This document shows, piece after piece, positions 27,001 to 30,000 of a stretch of DNA of 64,000 bases (the first letter of the stretch is position 1; each line of letters opens with the position of its first letter). A program made the position numbers and the translations under genes. A model generated the notes under the pieces. That model was not told the origin of the DNA. It saw nothing but the letters and a program-made list of their open reading frames with translations, and searched no databases. Source of the DNA: Candidatus Aenigmatarchaeota archaeon (GTDB lineage: Archaea > Aenigmatarchaeota > Aenigmatarchaeia > CG10238-14 > SCSR01); NCBI GenBank assembly GCA_038998335.1, contig JAVZHQ010000001.1:576001-640000 (forward strand), in the 5' to 3' direction.

Positions 27001-30000
27001 AACATTACTTTACCAAACGGCTCAAGCTTTGTTCAGTTTATGGATTCCTTTGCTGGTTCAATCTACAACACAACTTATTCAAGCTTACAAGAAGGAATTC
27101 ATTTAATTAGAATATGTGCAAACGACACTCGCTCTTTAGAAGGATGCACTTCGCCAATAGAAGTTGAGGGTTCGGCAACTACAAGACTAGAAATAATTCC
27201 AAACATTACTCACATTTTAGCAAACGATATAACAATAGAGTATGGACAAAGCTTTGCCGTTAACATAACTTTGAATAATACTGGCGGCTCAAGAGCTTTT
27301 GATTCTAATTTAACCATAGATTCTGGTTTTATTTCAAGCGAACCAAGCTTCTTTGATTTTGGAACTATCTTGAAATGGAAATCAAAGTCAAACATAACTT
27401 TAATAAGCATACCGAACGGGACTGAAACAGGAATCTATTACATAAACTTGACAGCAAAATGGAAGAACTTGAACGAAACTTATAACTCAAGCTTTGCTCA
27501 AATTCTTGTAAACGTTACTCCAAACCCAAAGCTTAAAGTTATAGAAGAAAACATAACAAAAATAATTCCTCCAGGAGCAAAGGATAGTGTAAACATTACT
27601 CTCAAATCAATAGGAAATAAAAACGTTACAAATGTTGAAATAAACTGCACAAGAGGAATAGTTTGTCAAGACTTTAACGTTTCCTTTGAACCCAAAAACT
27701 TCACTTCAATACCGATTGGTGAAACAAGGCAAGTTAATGTAAGCTTTGAAGTTCCTCCAAACTACTTAGCAGGAACTCATAACGGAACAATAGAAATAAG
27801 ATGGGATTCTGAGTTTTACTTAGAGCTTCCTGTTTTCATAACAGTTCCTGTAAACATAACTTGGGAGCATAACCCGAAAGTTTTAAGCTCTTATGTTTTG
27901 CAAGATGATAAAGGATACTTTGGAAGCATAGATATAATAAACACAGGAAACTCAGAAATAGAGCTTGAGCTTATAAAAACAGGTGAAATAGCTCCTTATC
28001 TTAACTTGAGTGAAACAAGAATAGTTTTGCCTTACAACGGAATAAAAACAATTCATATAACCTATTCTTCACCTGACATTCAATTTGACAAAAACTACAC
28101 AGGAAAGATAATAAGCAACATAACAGGAAGTTTGAGAGAAAACGCAACAGAAAAGACAAGAGAGACTTTTGTAAGCATGTTTGTTTCTGTTTACAAGGTT
28201 AAGATAATAAGTCCAACAAGCTCTAATCCTATAATTGGAGTTGTTAATGGAAACGAAATTCTAGCAAAAGTTAACGTTACTGCAAACTCAAGCTTTGTTA
28301 CTCAAAACGTAAGCTTTAACGTTTCTATCTTTGATTATGAAAGAAAGGCAGAAGCTTTTGTTAGCTCTGCTTATTACAACTCAACTGAAAAGCTATGGTT
28401 TGTTAGGTTTATAGCTCCTGATTTAGAGGAAGCAAGAGTTTATAACTTAAACATAACCGCAAGCTACAATGGAACAAGGTATTTAGTGAGAAGTGATGTA
28501 GAAAATGATTCAATAGTTTATCGCGACACTCAAGCTCCTTTAATAGAGCTAATTACTCCTGTAAGAATACCTGCAAACTCTACAGTTAGAGTTTTGGTTA
28601 ACGTTACAGAAAGCGGAGGAATCAAGAATGTAAGCGGAGAAATAACTTATCCTGACAACACAACCCAAAACATAAGCTTTACTTTAATCTCAAGAATCAA
28701 GGATAATTACTTGTTTGAGTATAACTTGACAAACACTTCAAGCCTAGGAAATTACACAATATCAGCTTTTGTTTGTGACTTAAGCGAAAATTGCAACTCT
28801 GCTTCAAAATCTTTTGAAATCTATCCTGTTGCTATATTTTCAGGCTATGCTAAGGACTTGGAACAAATTTCTGAACCTGCCTTAAGAGTTAACTTCAAGT
28901 TTTACGATCAAGGAAGTGAAACAATAAGGTTTGACTTTAACTCAAACGCAACCGATGGCTATTACAACGAAACTATAGATATGAAAACTTATGATTTGAA
29001 AATAAGCTTGCTTGAACCTACTTTTAGCCATCAAATTCTTTTGTACAACTTGACCATAGCTACAGATTATTTCAACCCAATAGTTTTTGGTAATGTTCCT
29101 AACGTGAGAACAACGAGCTCAGCAGTAAAAGGAGTTTATCTTAACACTGTCTTAAGACCAGCTTACTTTATACTTAAAATCAACTTTTCTGATTGTGTTT
29201 TAGGTTTATGTAACGTTCCTATTCATGACCCAAACAAGCTTGGAATTTATAAGTATGGTGGAAACTGGACACCAAAAGTTTCTACTGCCCAAAACACTAA
29301 TTGGGTGAGAATTACTAACAGAGAAATGGACAACTCAGATAAGTCAGTAAACTTAACTGATTACACTGTTACAGTAAACTTAAGTGATATAAGAGGAGTT
29401 TATATTCTTGCAGAATTTATTTGTGGGAATGGAGAATGCGAATCTGAAGCAGGAGAAAGCACTAGTAATTGCCCAATAGATTGCCCAGCAATACCTCCTG
29501 CTCCTCAAGTTCCGATTTACATTCCACCTACAATTCCACCAATAGTAGGAGGACCTGGTGGACCAGGAGGACCTGGAGCAGGTCCTGCTGCTCCTCCTGT
29601 AGCCTTAGTTCCCTTGGAAGTAAAAACTACTTTGATAGAAACAACTCTTACTCCTGGTGAAGAAAAAGTATTTTCTATTGACGTGACTAACAACTTAGAC
29701 ACAGCTACAAACGTAAGAATTACTGTAGAAGGTCCTGTCTTTCAACTTTTAACAGTTCAGAAGCCTACGTTTACTGTCGCTCCTAAATCTACTGAAGTTA
29801 CTGCTGTAAGAGCTTATGCTCCTCCAAGAATTGCACCAGGAATTTACACTGGCGATCTAGTGGTTACTGCAGGGAATATTGTTCATAGGACTCCTGTAAC
29901 CATAGTTGTGCAACAAGTTCCTGAACCTTTGCTTGACGTGAGCGTAAAAATACTTTCAAAAGCAATCAACCCAGGAACAAACCTTACTTTTGAGGTTAAG

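Noticed and set aside
2500-29300. Apparent abundance of palindromic hexamers AAGCTT, AACGTT and GTTAAC
   Set aside because: Plausibly explained by frequent Asn-Val, Val-Asn and Ser-Leu/Phe codon pairs. I cannot show enrichment without a codon-aware count.
29551-29600. GC-richer GGACC(T/A)GG(T/A) repeats as a DNA element or RNA gene
   Set aside because: They encode the GPGGPGGPG linker of the giant protein.
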